From a virus, in the IMG/VR virus record IMGVR_UViG_3300021960_000019: a DNA stretch of 64,000 nucleotides, one strand, 5' to 3'. The stretch's first letter is position 1. The number at the start of each line of letters is the position of its first letter. Shown here one piece after another: positions 28,311-38,646 of the stretch. Both the position numbers and the translations under genes were made by a program. The notes beneath the pieces were generated by a model that was not told the origin of the DNA, did not search any database, and saw only the letters and a program-made list of their open reading frames with translations.

Positions 28311-30785
28311 ATGGCAATTAATTTTCCAGATAGTCCAACAAATGGCCAGGTGGCAACGGTAGGTGGCAAGAATTACACATACAATTCTACGAAGAATACT
28401 TGGACTCCGACACAGGTAACGGAAGCAGACTTATCTACTGTAGGATCTACAACAGTAGTTGCCACGCATGATTTATTGCCATCATCCCCAAGTGCCGGTG
28501 ACATGGCATTAGTATCTAGTGTTAATAAGATGTATGTTTATTTTTTAAGTGGGTGGTGGTTAATGTCATCACTACAAAATGCATCTCCTAGTGGTATCAC
28601 TGGAAATGCAGCAATATATGACTTGGCTGCGGATGGTACTCCAACAACAGTCACACTAAGTTCTTCTGACCCAGAAGGATTTCCAATTGTTTGGTCACAT
28701 AGCGTCATCTCAGGTTCGCTTGGGGGTACAACAGTAACTAATGTTAATAATGTATTTACTATTACACCAAGCACAGACGCTGCAGACGCTGGTACTTTTA
28801 CTTTAAGGTTTGCCGCATCTGATGGTCAAGGTGGTGAGTCTGGTTCACAATCTCAGTTTACATTAGATTTTGTATTTATAGTTGCAAATAGTAGATATAC
28901 TACTCTGTTAGCGACAGCAACTGGTACGTCAGACAACAACAACATTACTGATACATCTTCGAATAATCATAGCATTACCGTAAATGGCGATGCCTACGCT
29001 GGTACGTTCAGCCCTTACAGAAGTAGAGGTTATTCTACTTATTTTGAAGATACTGCTGCTAATGTATTATACGCATCTCCTTCAAGTGATTTTGCGTTTG
29101 GTACTGGTGCATTTACAATTTCGGTTTGGGTGAAATTATTACATCAATATCTCGGAACTATATTTGATACCAATGATGGTATTAATCCTGGCGTCATGAT
29201 GTCAGTAAATAATATTACTTTTTATACCTATTCAAATACTTGGTTAAGTAGTACGTCAACCTCAAGTCAAGATGTTTGGCAACATTTCTGTTGGACTCGT
29301 GATGGATCAGGTAATAATAAAGTATTCGTTAATGGTACACAAGCTACAACTTTTACAGATAGTACTAATTACACTTCACAAAATTTCAAAATGGGCGAGG
29401 AACAAAACGGTACTAGTGACTTAAAGGCTTATATAAAAGACTTACATATAGTAAAAGGTTATGCATATGAACCAGATTCAACGTATGCCGATGGTGCTGC
29501 CGAACCTACAACTGGAACTGTGTTTTTGGGTTGCGGATTACCTTATCATGGAGATAAAAGTTCTTCTCCTAAAACACTTACAATAGCAAATTCTGGTATA
29601 TCTATAGTTAATGATACACCACACGACTACATAGAATACTCAGTAACTGATCACGGTGGGTCCATAGTGATAAACAGCACAAGTGCTTGGGTGCAGTCTA
29701 CAGTAACAGCTCCATCGTCTGGAAGTTTTGCGGTTGAATGTTGGGTGTATTGGGATGAATTTCCAAACACTTCTAATGGCAACAACCAGTCTATAATTTC
29801 CTTCAAAGGTTCAGACAATTATGACGGCGTAAGGCTGATGTACCAAAACCCCTCAGCTGGCGGATTTGCTGTTTATGCAAACGACTCTTGGTTTATGACA
29901 CCATCAAGCAATAAGGCGCTACAGGTAAAAACTTGGTATCATGCAGCTATTACTTATGATGGTACAAATCTACGATTATTTGTGAACGGATCTTTACAAA
30001 ATACTGAAGCATTTAGTACTAATCTCACTAATGCCGATCTTCGTATAGGTAATGATGGGTGGTGGCGCATGGGCCTTGGCAAAGTATCCGATGTTAGGTA
30101 CACCAGAGGATCTGCTGTTTACACTTCAAGCTTCACTCCACCAACTGCCCCTCTATCTTCAACTGGCACAGAACTACATATCAAAGGCACTGACGCTTCT
30201 ATTATAGATAAATCTCAAGGCGCTAACTTAAAGCTGGTAGGTAATACTACTGGATCAACTACTCAGGCTAAGTTTGCTAGTACTAAGTCAATGTATTTTG
30301 ATGCTTCTGGAGATTATATTTCTATTTCAGATGATGAAGCATATGGTTTTGGTACAGGTGATTGGACAATCGAGACTTGGCTGTATTGCACAAAAACTGG
30401 TGGGTTTAACGCAATATTTGACACACGAGTTGGTGCGGGTACTGAGACAGGTAGTTTTGGCCTTGGTATGTATAATACTGGACGAGTTCAAATGTTCTCA
30501 GGTGGGATATTTTACTACCCAACCGACACTTTAAGTTTTAATACTTGGCAACATTTGGCTATAGTTAAAAACTCTGGAACAACTACAATGTACTTTAACG
30601 GTACAGCCGCAAGTTCAACGTATTCAGACTCTAGAAATTATGGATCAAGTCAACCTGTTCAGATTGGCAAGGATGATACAACTTCAAATTACTTTGGGGG
30701 GTATATGCAAGACTTCCGTATCACTAAAGGTTTAGCAAGATACACCGCAAACTTTACACCACCAACTGCTTCATTAGAAGGATAA
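28311..30785 (+). CDS. Fibre protein: MAINFP anchor + Ig-like module + three LamG/ConA-like lectin domains
   Basis: Three FGTG.FTI..W...W.H...F.NG...G.I.D.R units; ends RYTANFTPPT. Confidence 0.75.
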   Translation: MAINFPDSPTNGQVATVGGKNYTYNSTKNTWTPTQVTEADLSTVGSTTVVATHDLLPSSPSAGDMALVSSVNKMYVYFLSGWWLMSSLQNASPSGITGNAAIYDLAADGTPTTVTLSSSDPEGFPIVWSHSVISGSLGGTTVTNVNNVFTITPSTDAADAGTFTLRFAASDGQGGESGSQSQFTLDFVFIVANSRYTTLLATATGTSDNNNITDTSSNNHSITVNGDAYAGTFSPYRSRGYSTYFEDTAANVLYASPSSDFAFGTGAFTISVWVKLLHQYLGTIFDTNDGINPGVMMSVNNITFYTYSNTWLSSTSTSSQDVWQHFCWTRDGSGNNKVFVNGTQATTFTDSTNYTSQNFKMGEEQNGTSDLKAYIKDLHIVKGYAYEPDSTYADGAAEPTTGTVFLGCGLPYHGDKSSSPKTLTIANSGISIVNDTPHDYIEYSVTDHGGSIVINSTSAWVQSTVTAPSSGSFAVECWVYWDEFPNTSNGNNQSIISFKGSDNYDGVRLMYQNPSAGGFAVYANDSWFMTPSSNKALQVKTWYHAAITYDGTNLRLFVNGSLQNTEAFSTNLTNADLRIGNDGWWRMGLGKVSDVRYTRGSAVYTSSFTPPTAPLSSTGTELHIKGTDASIIDKSQGANLKLVGNTTGSTTQAKFASTKSMYFDASGDYISISDDEAYGFGTGDWTIETWLYCTKTGGFNAIFDTRVGAGTETGSFGLGMYNTGRVQMFSGGIFYYPTDTLSFNTWQHLAIVKNSGTTTMYFNGTAASSTYSDSRNYGSSQPVQIGKDDTTSNYFGGYMQDFRITKGLARYTANFTPPTASLEG

Positions 30786-30792
30786 TATAAAG

Positions 30793-32499
30793 ATGGCAAT
30801 TAATTTTCCAGATAGTCCAAGTGATGGGGATACTCACGAAGGATATGCGTATAATGCTACGACAGGTACGTGGGAAATCACTGTTGCGCCTATTAATGGT
30901 CCTATTACTGGTCATGTATTACCAGATACAACATTAACATACGATTTAGGTTCTGCAGATAAGAAATTTAGAGATATCTATCTATCATCTGGTACAATTT
31001 ATCTTGGAGATGAAAATTTATCAATTACAGATGGTCAACTTACAAGTTCTGCATCTATTGCTTCACCAGATTTAGATGTATCACTAATTCCAGAAAATAT
31101 GGAATTGGTTGTGAATGCAAACGAAGGTGGCCATGGAATGAATTGGTTTTGGACTTGGGGAGAAACTTTGTTATATGGTAGAGGTTCAGTTACAAATTCA
31201 AGTTCAGAAACGGAAGTACCACTCTATAGAGAAGGAACATATACCTTTGTAAACTTTGCATATACACAATATGGAGATATGACACAGACACATGCCGGTT
31301 ATTTAAAATCAGTTTTAGGAGCGGGTACAGATAATATAATTCCAGGCGTAACAAGCACTACAGAAGATCGTTTTAATTCGGTGGCTGGCGGAAACACACA
31401 GGTGCAGAAACATGTATGGACTATTCCATCCGATTTTTCAGCATCTGATATCACCTTAGTTGCGCCATCTATTTCTATGAATGTTTCTACAAATTCTGGT
31501 GCATATGATATAGATATTGTCCATGGTACAGATATTGAAGCAGTTTATCGTGGCGGAACTTATACGTTTAATTTAAATGTTACAGGACATCCATTTTATT
31601 TAACAACAGATGATGGCACAAACTGGACACAAGGTGGTTATGTTGGAGAATATACAAACGGTGTCTCTGGGTCTAGAACAGAAGTCGGCACTCTCACGTT
31701 TACAGTTCCCAATGATGCTCCTGATACACTATATTATCAGTGTGCAAATCATAGCGGAATGAAAGGTACAATTCATGTAAAAGATTTAGAAGTTGATGTG
31801 TTGGGTGACGCAGACAATTCTATTAGGATTTACTTTCAACACACACAATTTGGACATAAGACATCGTTTTTGATCAAAGACAAGCCAGTAATACCAACTA
31901 CTGCATGTTTAATGTATGATGGAACAAAATTTGTACCAACTCATATGAATGACTATCTTAATTCTCATGCAGAAGTTGAAACAAAAATAGGACAAATTGC
32001 CCAAACGAGTGTTACTAGTGTAAATTATAATAATTTAACAAATTTACCAACATTGTCTACCGTGGCCACTTCTAATGATTTTAATGATTTGACAAACAAA
32101 CCAACAGTACCCACAGATATAAACGAACTCTCTGATGGTTCTGGATTATTAACTGGTGGTGGTGTTGGATTGGGTGTCGTTAGTCTTGTACAGGAAGGCG
32201 AACTTTTAGTAACAACAGGAACTAAAAGATGGTATGCCCCAAGAAATATTGTGGTAAATAAAATAATTGCAAGGGTTGATACAGTTGCAGCTGGAAGTAG
32301 TATAAATATAACAATAAACAAAGTTTCTGGTGGAGCGACTACTACTAAAACAATGTCCATTGCTGCTGGTTCAACAAAACAAGAAGATACAAATCCAAGT
32401 TTTTCGTTGAATGCAGATGATTATATGACATTGGATATCACACAAGTCGGTAGTGGTACGGCCGGAGAAAATTTAAGAGTTACATTTACATATTCATAG
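30793..32499 (+). CDS. Cassette A gene 1: MAINFP anchor + cupredoxin-like domain + C-terminal RWYAP domain
   Basis: YRGGTYTF..GHPFY...YYQCANHSGM; GEL...GTKRWYAP; paralogous to 57914 and 53809. Confidence 0.7.
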   Translation: MAINFPDSPSDGDTHEGYAYNATTGTWEITVAPINGPITGHVLPDTTLTYDLGSADKKFRDIYLSSGTIYLGDENLSITDGQLTSSASIASPDLDVSLIPENMELVVNANEGGHGMNWFWTWGETLLYGRGSVTNSSSETEVPLYREGTYTFVNFAYTQYGDMTQTHAGYLKSVLGAGTDNIIPGVTSTTEDRFNSVAGGNTQVQKHVWTIPSDFSASDITLVAPSISMNVSTNSGAYDIDIVHGTDIEAVYRGGTYTFNLNVTGHPFYLTTDDGTNWTQGGYVGEYTNGVSGSRTEVGTLTFTVPNDAPDTLYYQCANHSGMKGTIHVKDLEVDVLGDADNSIRIYFQHTQFGHKTSFLIKDKPVIPTTACLMYDGTKFVPTHMNDYLNSHAEVETKIGQIAQTSVTSVNYNNLTNLPTLSTVATSNDFNDLTNKPTVPTDINELSDGSGLLTGGGVGLGVVSLVQEGELLVTTGTKRWYAPRNIVVNKIIARVDTVAAGSSINITINKVSGGATTTKTMSIAAGSTKQEDTNPSFSLNADDYMTLDITQVGSGTAGENLRVTFTYS

Positions 32500-32508
32500 G
32501 GGAATAAA

Positions 32509-32778
32509 ATGCCTATTACAGACGAAACAATAGTTGCAGATTTAAAATCTAAATATCAATTACCAGTAGATGAAGATGGTAATATGGAAACACTAACAGT
32601 GTATCGTTCTGCAACTGCAACCAACGATCAAATATCAAGAGAATATCTTTTTGGTGAAGATGACACTGATACTCAGTTGTTCGGTGGATTACATAACGGA
32701 CAACAAGAGATTGTAATCTTAGGATCACATTCATTAATAGATGCTGATAGTGTCTGGACAGAATTTACAGGAGAATAA
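32509..32778 (+). CDS. Cassette A gene 2: small acidic protein
   Basis: MPITD...VWTE; paralog of 57611-57901. Confidence 0.65.
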   Translation: MPITDETIVADLKSKYQLPVDEDGNMETLTVYRSATATNDQISREYLFGEDDTDTQLFGGLHNGQQEIVILGSHSLIDADSVWTEFTGE

Positions 32779-32782
32779 AGAA

Positions 32783-33922
32783 ATGTACGCAAAATTAGTC
32801 TCAAGTGGAAATAGCAGTGGCACTGGTACTCTCGCGGCAATAAATAACATCAGAAGTGTTCTGTCGGGAACCATTACTGATGCTAATAGTTTAGATTCGA
32901 ATGGACACAATCCTGGCCAGTCTTTTATTACAGGTTCTATGCCAAGTACAGGAATTTATTCTATTGGTGGCCTATCTGGCGGTACGACTAGTTATAATGG
33001 TTCCGGCAATTTCAGCATGACAAAACATCATTATGCAAAAGGTCAAACTGCTGGATACACGCCTTCAAGAAAAATTAAATTGATTGTCAATAGAGATTAC
33101 AGTTGGAGATTTACAGTATATGATTCTTCTAGTGGCAATGGACACCCACACTCAAATGATAATCATTTTTGGACTTCTGAAACCAGCACATCATATAGAA
33201 GGACACAGATTCCTCCTTATGACCAGCAAATGCCAAGTAAGTGGGATGAAATGCACATTATTATGAATGATACAACTTTTGCGTTTCAATTAATTACAAA
33301 TGGTACTGATTCTCAAAAAGATTATGCAACTTTTGTAGAGTGCGATTTAGAATATATGCCTTCTATCGATAATCATGCATATTCTGGAAATTCTAGATAT
33401 TGTCCTAGTATTCAATTTTATACTATTGTATATGATCAAATGCATAAGGCTGATGGAGTTGCTGCGCAGACAGGTACATATGGATTTTATTATGGAATTC
33501 ATAATTCACAATACTTGAGTATGGACGGAACATATAGAAACACTGAGCATGGTTCAAATTCAAATTATCATTATGGCGACCAAGATGCACAATATACCAA
33601 TTATCCTACAATGTGGCCGCTTGGTAGATCGAGAATGTATAAACATCCTATAGATGGCGGTCAATTTGGATATCCATTGGTGCCGATGCAATATAAAGGA
33701 CACTTTGATGATGAAGATGATAATGGAGATCCAAGATATGGTAGATTGATGAATTGGTATCGAACCACAGACGATATTGGATTTAGTGGAGATGTATTAA
33801 CAGAAAATTCAACAAATTACAGAATTTTTAGAACTCATAAATGCGGAAAAAACAATAGACTCGATGCTGGAAATGATTACAATGCATGTTATGCTTTCCC
33901 AGAAGATAACGTACCGTTCTGA
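32783..33922 (+). CDS. Cassette A gene 3: Tyr/Asn/Gly-rich structural protein
   Basis: TKHHY, D.RYG...YR..D, YRI, CYAFPE; paralog of 56479-57606. Confidence 0.65.
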   Translation: MYAKLVSSGNSSGTGTLAAINNIRSVLSGTITDANSLDSNGHNPGQSFITGSMPSTGIYSIGGLSGGTTSYNGSGNFSMTKHHYAKGQTAGYTPSRKIKLIVNRDYSWRFTVYDSSSGNGHPHSNDNHFWTSETSTSYRRTQIPPYDQQMPSKWDEMHIIMNDTTFAFQLITNGTDSQKDYATFVECDLEYMPSIDNHAYSGNSRYCPSIQFYTIVYDQMHKADGVAAQTGTYGFYYGIHNSQYLSMDGTYRNTEHGSNSNYHYGDQDAQYTNYPTMWPLGRSRMYKHPIDGGQFGYPLVPMQYKGHFDDEDDNGDPRYGRLMNWYRTTDDIGFSGDVLTENSTNYRIFRTHKCGKNNRLDAGNDYNACYAFPEDNVPF

Positions 33923-34113
33923 TGTCTACTGCAACCGAAATAGCAGCCGCAGGAGTTTTTAAGATTGCAAATGTTTCCAAATCTGGAACAGAGATTGGAA
34001 GTACATCTGCATTTAAACTCTCATTAAGATCTTTAAGTGCGATTAATATTGGATTTAAACCCAGTGAGGGTGTTGTATCGAATACTGACCCACAAACATG
34101 GACAGATAGTTAA
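33922..34113 (+). CDS. Cassette A gene 4: small protein ending PQTWTDS
   Basis: TGATG-coupled to gene 3; Q-x-W near the C-terminus like 55765 and 49724. Confidence 0.55.
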   Translation: MSTATEIAAAGVFKIANVSKSGTEIGSTSAFKLSLRSLSAINIGFKPSEGVVSNTDPQTWTDS

Positions 34114-34125
34114 GAGGAATAAAAA

Positions 34126-35568
34126 ATGGCAATAGATTTTCCAAGCAGTCCTACAGATGGACAAGAAGTTTCAATCACAGGACGTACTTTTAGATACTCC
34201 GCAGTTACAGGTGTTTGGAGAGTTTTGACAGGCACAGTAAGTAACGATATTTCTGAACTTGCAGACAGTACTGGACTATTAGGTTCTGGTGGTGCTACTG
34301 TCTATGCAGATATGGCAGCACTAATAGCCGCTACTGGAATGTCTAATGGAGATCAGGCATATGTCACAACAACTAACGATTTCTATCTGTATAATGGTGG
34401 TTGGTTTCTAATTGCAACTGGCGTAAATAATCCACCAAGTGCGATCTCTGGTGTTGATGTTAATTATAATCTTGCAAAAGACGGAACTGCAACTGTCATT
34501 ACAGCAATATCAACAGACCCAGAAGGATTTCCTTTAACATGGAGTTATGCAGTCACAACTGGTACTCTTGGAACAACAGCAACTGTATCTCAAACAAATA
34601 ATGTATTTACTATTACACCAAGTACTACAGAGGCGGATGCTGGAGAATTTTCTATCACATTTTCGGCAACTGATGGTGTAAACACAATAAGTGCAGTATC
34701 ATCTTTTGTACTTTCGTTTTCAGAAGATAATTATTTTATCGACCCTAGAGATTATGGTATGTCTACTGGAACTTTTTCTGGTGTTGGTGCAAATTCTAAT
34801 GATGAAAACCTCTATGTTTTGGGATATAGTGGAGACCAAAGAGTTTATAAATGGGAATTGGGAACACCAAAAGAACTAGCATCAATACCTAGTACCTATA
34901 CTCAGAGGGCAGGTATATCCAACGCCACACCTTCTGGATTTTATATGAACCGAGCTGGGGATCGATATTATTACTGTAGTTATGGTACTGTTTATCAAGT
35001 TAGTTTATCGACTCCAAACGATTTAACTACTGGTTATCTTTATCAAAACGGTTCCACATATAGTGGACAGGCATTTAATAATAGTGGACTTATTTTCGGC
35101 GCCACTTGGAGTCATACAGGAGATAGACTTTATATTAGTGAAACAAATACCAATCAAATACAAGAACATCCTGTAAATCTTGTCGGTGGATCGCCTTTTG
35201 ATTTGTATTATGTCCAGAACCGTACCAATTCATTTAATCCTAATAATATTACTTATGCTTATGGGATGGGATGGAGTTCTAATGGAATGAAATTTTGGTG
35301 TGGGGAAAATAGATATATCCGCGAATATTCCGCAGTTTCTGCATATTCATTATCGGGCATGAATGCAACCCCAAGCGCAACATTTGACACACAAAATTTA
35401 AATAATAATGTTAATAATTATACAGCAAACAATATTAATAATCCAGAGATCAGAGGTATACACGCATCGGATGACGGAAATACATTGTATTTAAACCTCA
35501 GAGGCGTTGGCGTTTTCAAACTTACTATGGTAACTCAAAATACAATCGCAGATGGTTTTGTATTTTAA
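34126..35568 (+). CDS. Fibre protein: MAIDFP anchor + Ig-like module + beta-propeller-like C-terminus
   Basis: Shares an 83-bp near-identical DNA block with 21083; repeated G..W...G.R.Y....Y.L..P.DL blades. Confidence 0.7.
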   Translation: MAIDFPSSPTDGQEVSITGRTFRYSAVTGVWRVLTGTVSNDISELADSTGLLGSGGATVYADMAALIAATGMSNGDQAYVTTTNDFYLYNGGWFLIATGVNNPPSAISGVDVNYNLAKDGTATVITAISTDPEGFPLTWSYAVTTGTLGTTATVSQTNNVFTITPSTTEADAGEFSITFSATDGVNTISAVSSFVLSFSEDNYFIDPRDYGMSTGTFSGVGANSNDENLYVLGYSGDQRVYKWELGTPKELASIPSTYTQRAGISNATPSGFYMNRAGDRYYYCSYGTVYQVSLSTPNDLTTGYLYQNGSTYSGQAFNNSGLIFGATWSHTGDRLYISETNTNQIQEHPVNLVGGSPFDLYYVQNRTNSFNPNNITYAYGMGWSSNGMKFWCGENRYIREYSAVSAYSLSGMNATPSATFDTQNLNNNVNNYTANNINNPEIRGIHASDDGNTLYLNLRGVGVFKLTMVTQNTIADGFVF

Positions 35569-35588
35569 TTAATAAAGAGGATTAAGTT

Positions 35589-36485
35589 ATGGCATCAGTA
35601 TTCAATGCATTTATTGCATATCAGTTTTTAAAAACCCTCACTAACAAGTGGGATCAGATGGAAGCATATAAACTGGGCATTATTGATAAAAATGGTAAAC
35701 AGTTAAAAAAGACTGCAGAATTAGAAACTGCAAAAGAAAAACAAGCTTATACAATTTTTCATAGATTGGTATTCAATCTAAAGAGAGTTTTAGAAAAATT
35801 TCCATTTGGAAAGTCTCGAATTGCATCATATAGTGCAGCCTTTGCATTATTGAAAGAGAGTAGAGATGATTTTTCTGACGATGAGTATGAGTTGATGGAA
35901 TCTATGTTGATGGATTATATTAATTTGCAGGAAAGTACTTTAAGTGACTCTTACTTTGAATCTGTAGAATTGGTAGAAGGTGTTGCAGTTCCTAAAAAAA
36001 CTTATCAACACGCAGTCAATGCACTTAAAAGTGTTGTAGATAGAAAAATGAAAGAGGCAGGAAAACGTGGACTGAAACATTCGGTGGGTTACTATTCTGC
36101 AATGGTTGCAAAAACCTACTCAGGTGTAAATAGTAGAGAACTTGAAAGAATGTTTAAATCTGCACATCCACAACTTGCAAAGGAATGTGTAGAAGAAGAA
36201 ATGTCAGAAGAAATTGTCAACGCAGTTGGCACAGGTGCAAATGTTGCCGGTTTAACAGGTGTACCATCTAAGTTTGCAGGGATGAAAGTATTTCCTATTA
36301 AAACTCAGACATATGTTGGATTGATGAAGGGTAAGAAAAAGTATGCCCGATGGAAAAAATATATGGAAACTCAGGAGGCAACTCCTATCAGAGAATACAT
36401 AAAAAAGAGACCAAAAGAAAAAGTAGTCCTAATGGATCAATCTTCTGGTACAATGATGATTTTACATAGACACAACGAGATTTAA
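35589..36485 (+). CDS. Conserved T4-like hypothetical protein
   Basis: Y.FLK.L...W....AYKLGIIDKNG..LK...AYT.FHRLVFNLKR. Confidence 0.7.
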   Translation: MASVFNAFIAYQFLKTLTNKWDQMEAYKLGIIDKNGKQLKKTAELETAKEKQAYTIFHRLVFNLKRVLEKFPFGKSRIASYSAAFALLKESRDDFSDDEYELMESMLMDYINLQESTLSDSYFESVELVEGVAVPKKTYQHAVNALKSVVDRKMKEAGKRGLKHSVGYYSAMVAKTYSGVNSRELERMFKSAHPQLAKECVEEEMSEEIVNAVGTGANVAGLTGVPSKFAGMKVFPIKTQTYVGLMKGKKKYARWKKYMETQEATPIREYIKKRPKEKVVLMDQSSGTMMILHRHNEI

Positions 36486-36487
36486 AT

Positions 36488-36874
36488 ATGTTTTCTACAA
36501 TTAAAATTTTAGCAGTGGTACTCCCGCTCCTTGCATTGGGCGGTGGTTTGTGGTATACTGATAACTTGAAAGAAGAAATTAAGTTATTAGAGGAAAATCA
36601 GGTAAAATTAAATAGTGCTGTAGATAGTAAAAATGCAGAAATAGAAAGACTCAATCAAAACGTTGAAGAAGTTTTATCTGTCAATGTGAGATTAAGTGAA
36701 GAAAGAGAAAAACTATCAAATTCGGTTGACGTATTGCGTGATAAGTTAAGCGAACATGATTTGGGATACCTTGCAGAGAACAAGCCAGGGTTGATTGAAA
36801 AAATTATAAATAAAGATATAGAGAAAACTTTGAAAAATGATGTAATTGAAATTATGAGAATTGAAAATGACTAA
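36488..36874 (+). CDS. Putative i-spanin (Rz-like)
   Basis: Single N-terminal TM helix followed by coiled coil; overlaps a lipoprotein gene. Confidence 0.6.
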   Translation: MFSTIKILAVVLPLLALGGGLWYTDNLKEEIKLLEENQVKLNSAVDSKNAEIERLNQNVEEVLSVNVRLSEEREKLSNSVDVLRDKLSEHDLGYLAENKPGLIEKIINKDIEKTLKNDVIEIMRIEND

Positions 36875-37217
36875 ATATCTTCTAATAGTATTAGTATTTC
36901 TTGGATTGACTGCATGTAGTAGTATTCAAGAAAAGGTTGTGACTGAAGAGGTTTACGTGGAAAAAATTCCACTCAACTTACAGATGCCTAAATCGTTTGA
37001 ATGGAAAGACTTTGAAGTAATTGTAGTAACTGAAGAAAATTTTGATGATGTAATACAAGAATTGAAAGTTGATGGTAAGAGTTTGGCACTATTTGCATTT
37101 GATACCGATTCTTATGAGGCACTGACTCTCAATGTGACAGAAATGAAACGTTACATGAGTGAGCAAAAAGTTATAATATTAGAATATAAAAATTACTACG
37201 AAAATAAAGATAAGTAG
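36867..37217 (+). CDS. Putative o-spanin lipoprotein (Rz1-like)
   Basis: Signal II MTKYLLIVLVFLGLTA-C lipobox. Confidence 0.65.
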   Translation: MTKYLLIVLVFLGLTACSSIQEKVVTEEVYVEKIPLNLQMPKSFEWKDFEVIVVTEENFDDVIQELKVDGKSLALFAFDTDSYEALTLNVTEMKRYMSEQKVIILEYKNYYENKDK

Positions 37218-37219
37218 AT

Positions 37220-37525
37220 ATGGACAAAACAGATATTGTAACAGATAATAAAGAAAAGGCTCACGCATTGGAAACACGTATTCAAACCGTTGCGATGGTT
37301 CTTATAGTTGGATTTTTATCTTGGGTTGGCACTGGTTTAGTTGACGTAAAGGTAGGATTGGCTCAAGTACTATCAGAAAGTGTATCACTAAGAGATACAT
37401 TAAATAGACAATCCATTCGTATCAATGATCTAGAAAGAGAGATTGGTGATATGAGCAAGGAAATGGGCAATTTTGTCACTAGAGAAGAATTGCGCGAATC
37501 TTTAAGAGATTTACCACCAAACTAA
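37220..37525 (+). CDS. Single-TM coiled-coil membrane protein (possible holin-like)
   Basis: Hydrophobic VAMVLIVGFLSWVG segment; next to spanins. Confidence 0.45.
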   Translation: MDKTDIVTDNKEKAHALETRIQTVAMVLIVGFLSWVGTGLVDVKVGLAQVLSESVSLRDTLNRQSIRINDLEREIGDMSKEMGNFVTREELRESLRDLPPN

Positions 37526-37537
37526 TTTAATAATCTA

Positions 37538-37566
37538 TTGACATTGTATACCTTTTAGGTTATAGT
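37538..37566 (+). promoter_or_regulatory. sigma70-type promoter for primase
   Basis: TTGACA-17 bp-TATAGT. Confidence 0.7.
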
Positions 37567-37589
37567 AGTACTTAAATCATGAGGTATAA

Positions 37590-38597
37590 ATGCAACACAT
37601 AGATAAAATCTATATATCCCGACTCGGCGCAAAGTTAGAAAGATTTACTGAAAAAAGATCAAATCTATTTAACTGTAAATGTCCTTTGTGTGGAGACTCA
37701 AAGAAAAAGTCATACAAAGCGAGGGGATTCATATACATTCGTAAAAGTAATTTTAACTACATGTGTCATAACTGTGGTGCAAGTATGTCTTTGTCTGCTT
37801 TCATGAAACAGATTGATCCTGAGTTGCATAAAGAATATGTTCTAGAAAAGTGGAAATCTGGACAAACCGGCAGTAGAAAGAATATTGCTACTCCAGAGTT
37901 TAAATTTGATGCACCAACTTTCACCAAATCAAAAGTTTGTGATTTTAGTCTAGGTACTAAAGTTGTAGACTTACCAGATAACCATCCAGCAAAAATTTAT
38001 TGTATAGAAAGAAAGATACCCAAACTCGACTTACTGTATTATACTAAAGAATTTAAATCTATGGTATCAGAGTTAACTAATGGATATGATAATCTAATTG
38101 AAGAAGAAAGACTTGTAATACCATTCTTTGACACAGAATGTAATGTTTTCGCATTACAGGGTAGAGCCCTTAAACAAAGTGGTATGAGATATATCACCAT
38201 TAAAATAGATGAAGAAAAAACAAAGATTTACGGTCTAGAAAGATTAGACCCAACAAAAACTGTATATGTGGTAGAAGGCCCTTTGGACTCACTGTTCTTA
38301 GAAAACTCTATTGCAATGGCAGGGGCAGATGTTGATTTGCAATACTTTTCAGAGTGGAAAGATGTTGTGTTCATTCTTGATAATGAACCAAGAAACAAAC
38401 AAATTGTGGATAAGTATGTAAAATTAATTGATGCTGGATTTAAGGTCATGGTATGGCCAGAAAAAATAAAAGAAAAAGATTTGAATGACATTATACTGTC
38501 TGGAATCGACACTTCTGAACTGAAACAGATTATAAGTAAAAATACCACTTATGGTCTACAAGCAAAACTAAGAATCAACAATTGGAAACGGTGTTGA
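37590..38597 (+). CDS. gp61: DNA primase gp61
   Basis: Zn finger CPLCGDS...CHNCG; VVEGPLDSLF and DNEPRN Toprim motifs. Confidence 0.96.
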   Translation: MQHIDKIYISRLGAKLERFTEKRSNLFNCKCPLCGDSKKKSYKARGFIYIRKSNFNYMCHNCGASMSLSAFMKQIDPELHKEYVLEKWKSGQTGSRKNIATPEFKFDAPTFTKSKVCDFSLGTKVVDLPDNHPAKIYCIERKIPKLDLLYYTKEFKSMVSELTNGYDNLIEEERLVIPFFDTECNVFALQGRALKQSGMRYITIKIDEEKTKIYGLERLDPTKTVYVVEGPLDSLFLENSIAMAGADVDLQYFSEWKDVVFILDNEPRNKQIVDKYVKLIDAGFKVMVWPEKIKEKDLNDIILSGIDTSELKQIISKNTTYGLQAKLRINNWKRC

Positions 38598-38646
38598 TTC
38601 TTGTTCACGTACAATTAATAAAACAATATAACAAAAGGGTAAACGG

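Noticed and set aside
32301-32308. Intragenic TATAAATA matches (also ~43223 and ~58051)
   Set aside because: Inside coding sequence of an AT-rich genome; may be chance, so not called.
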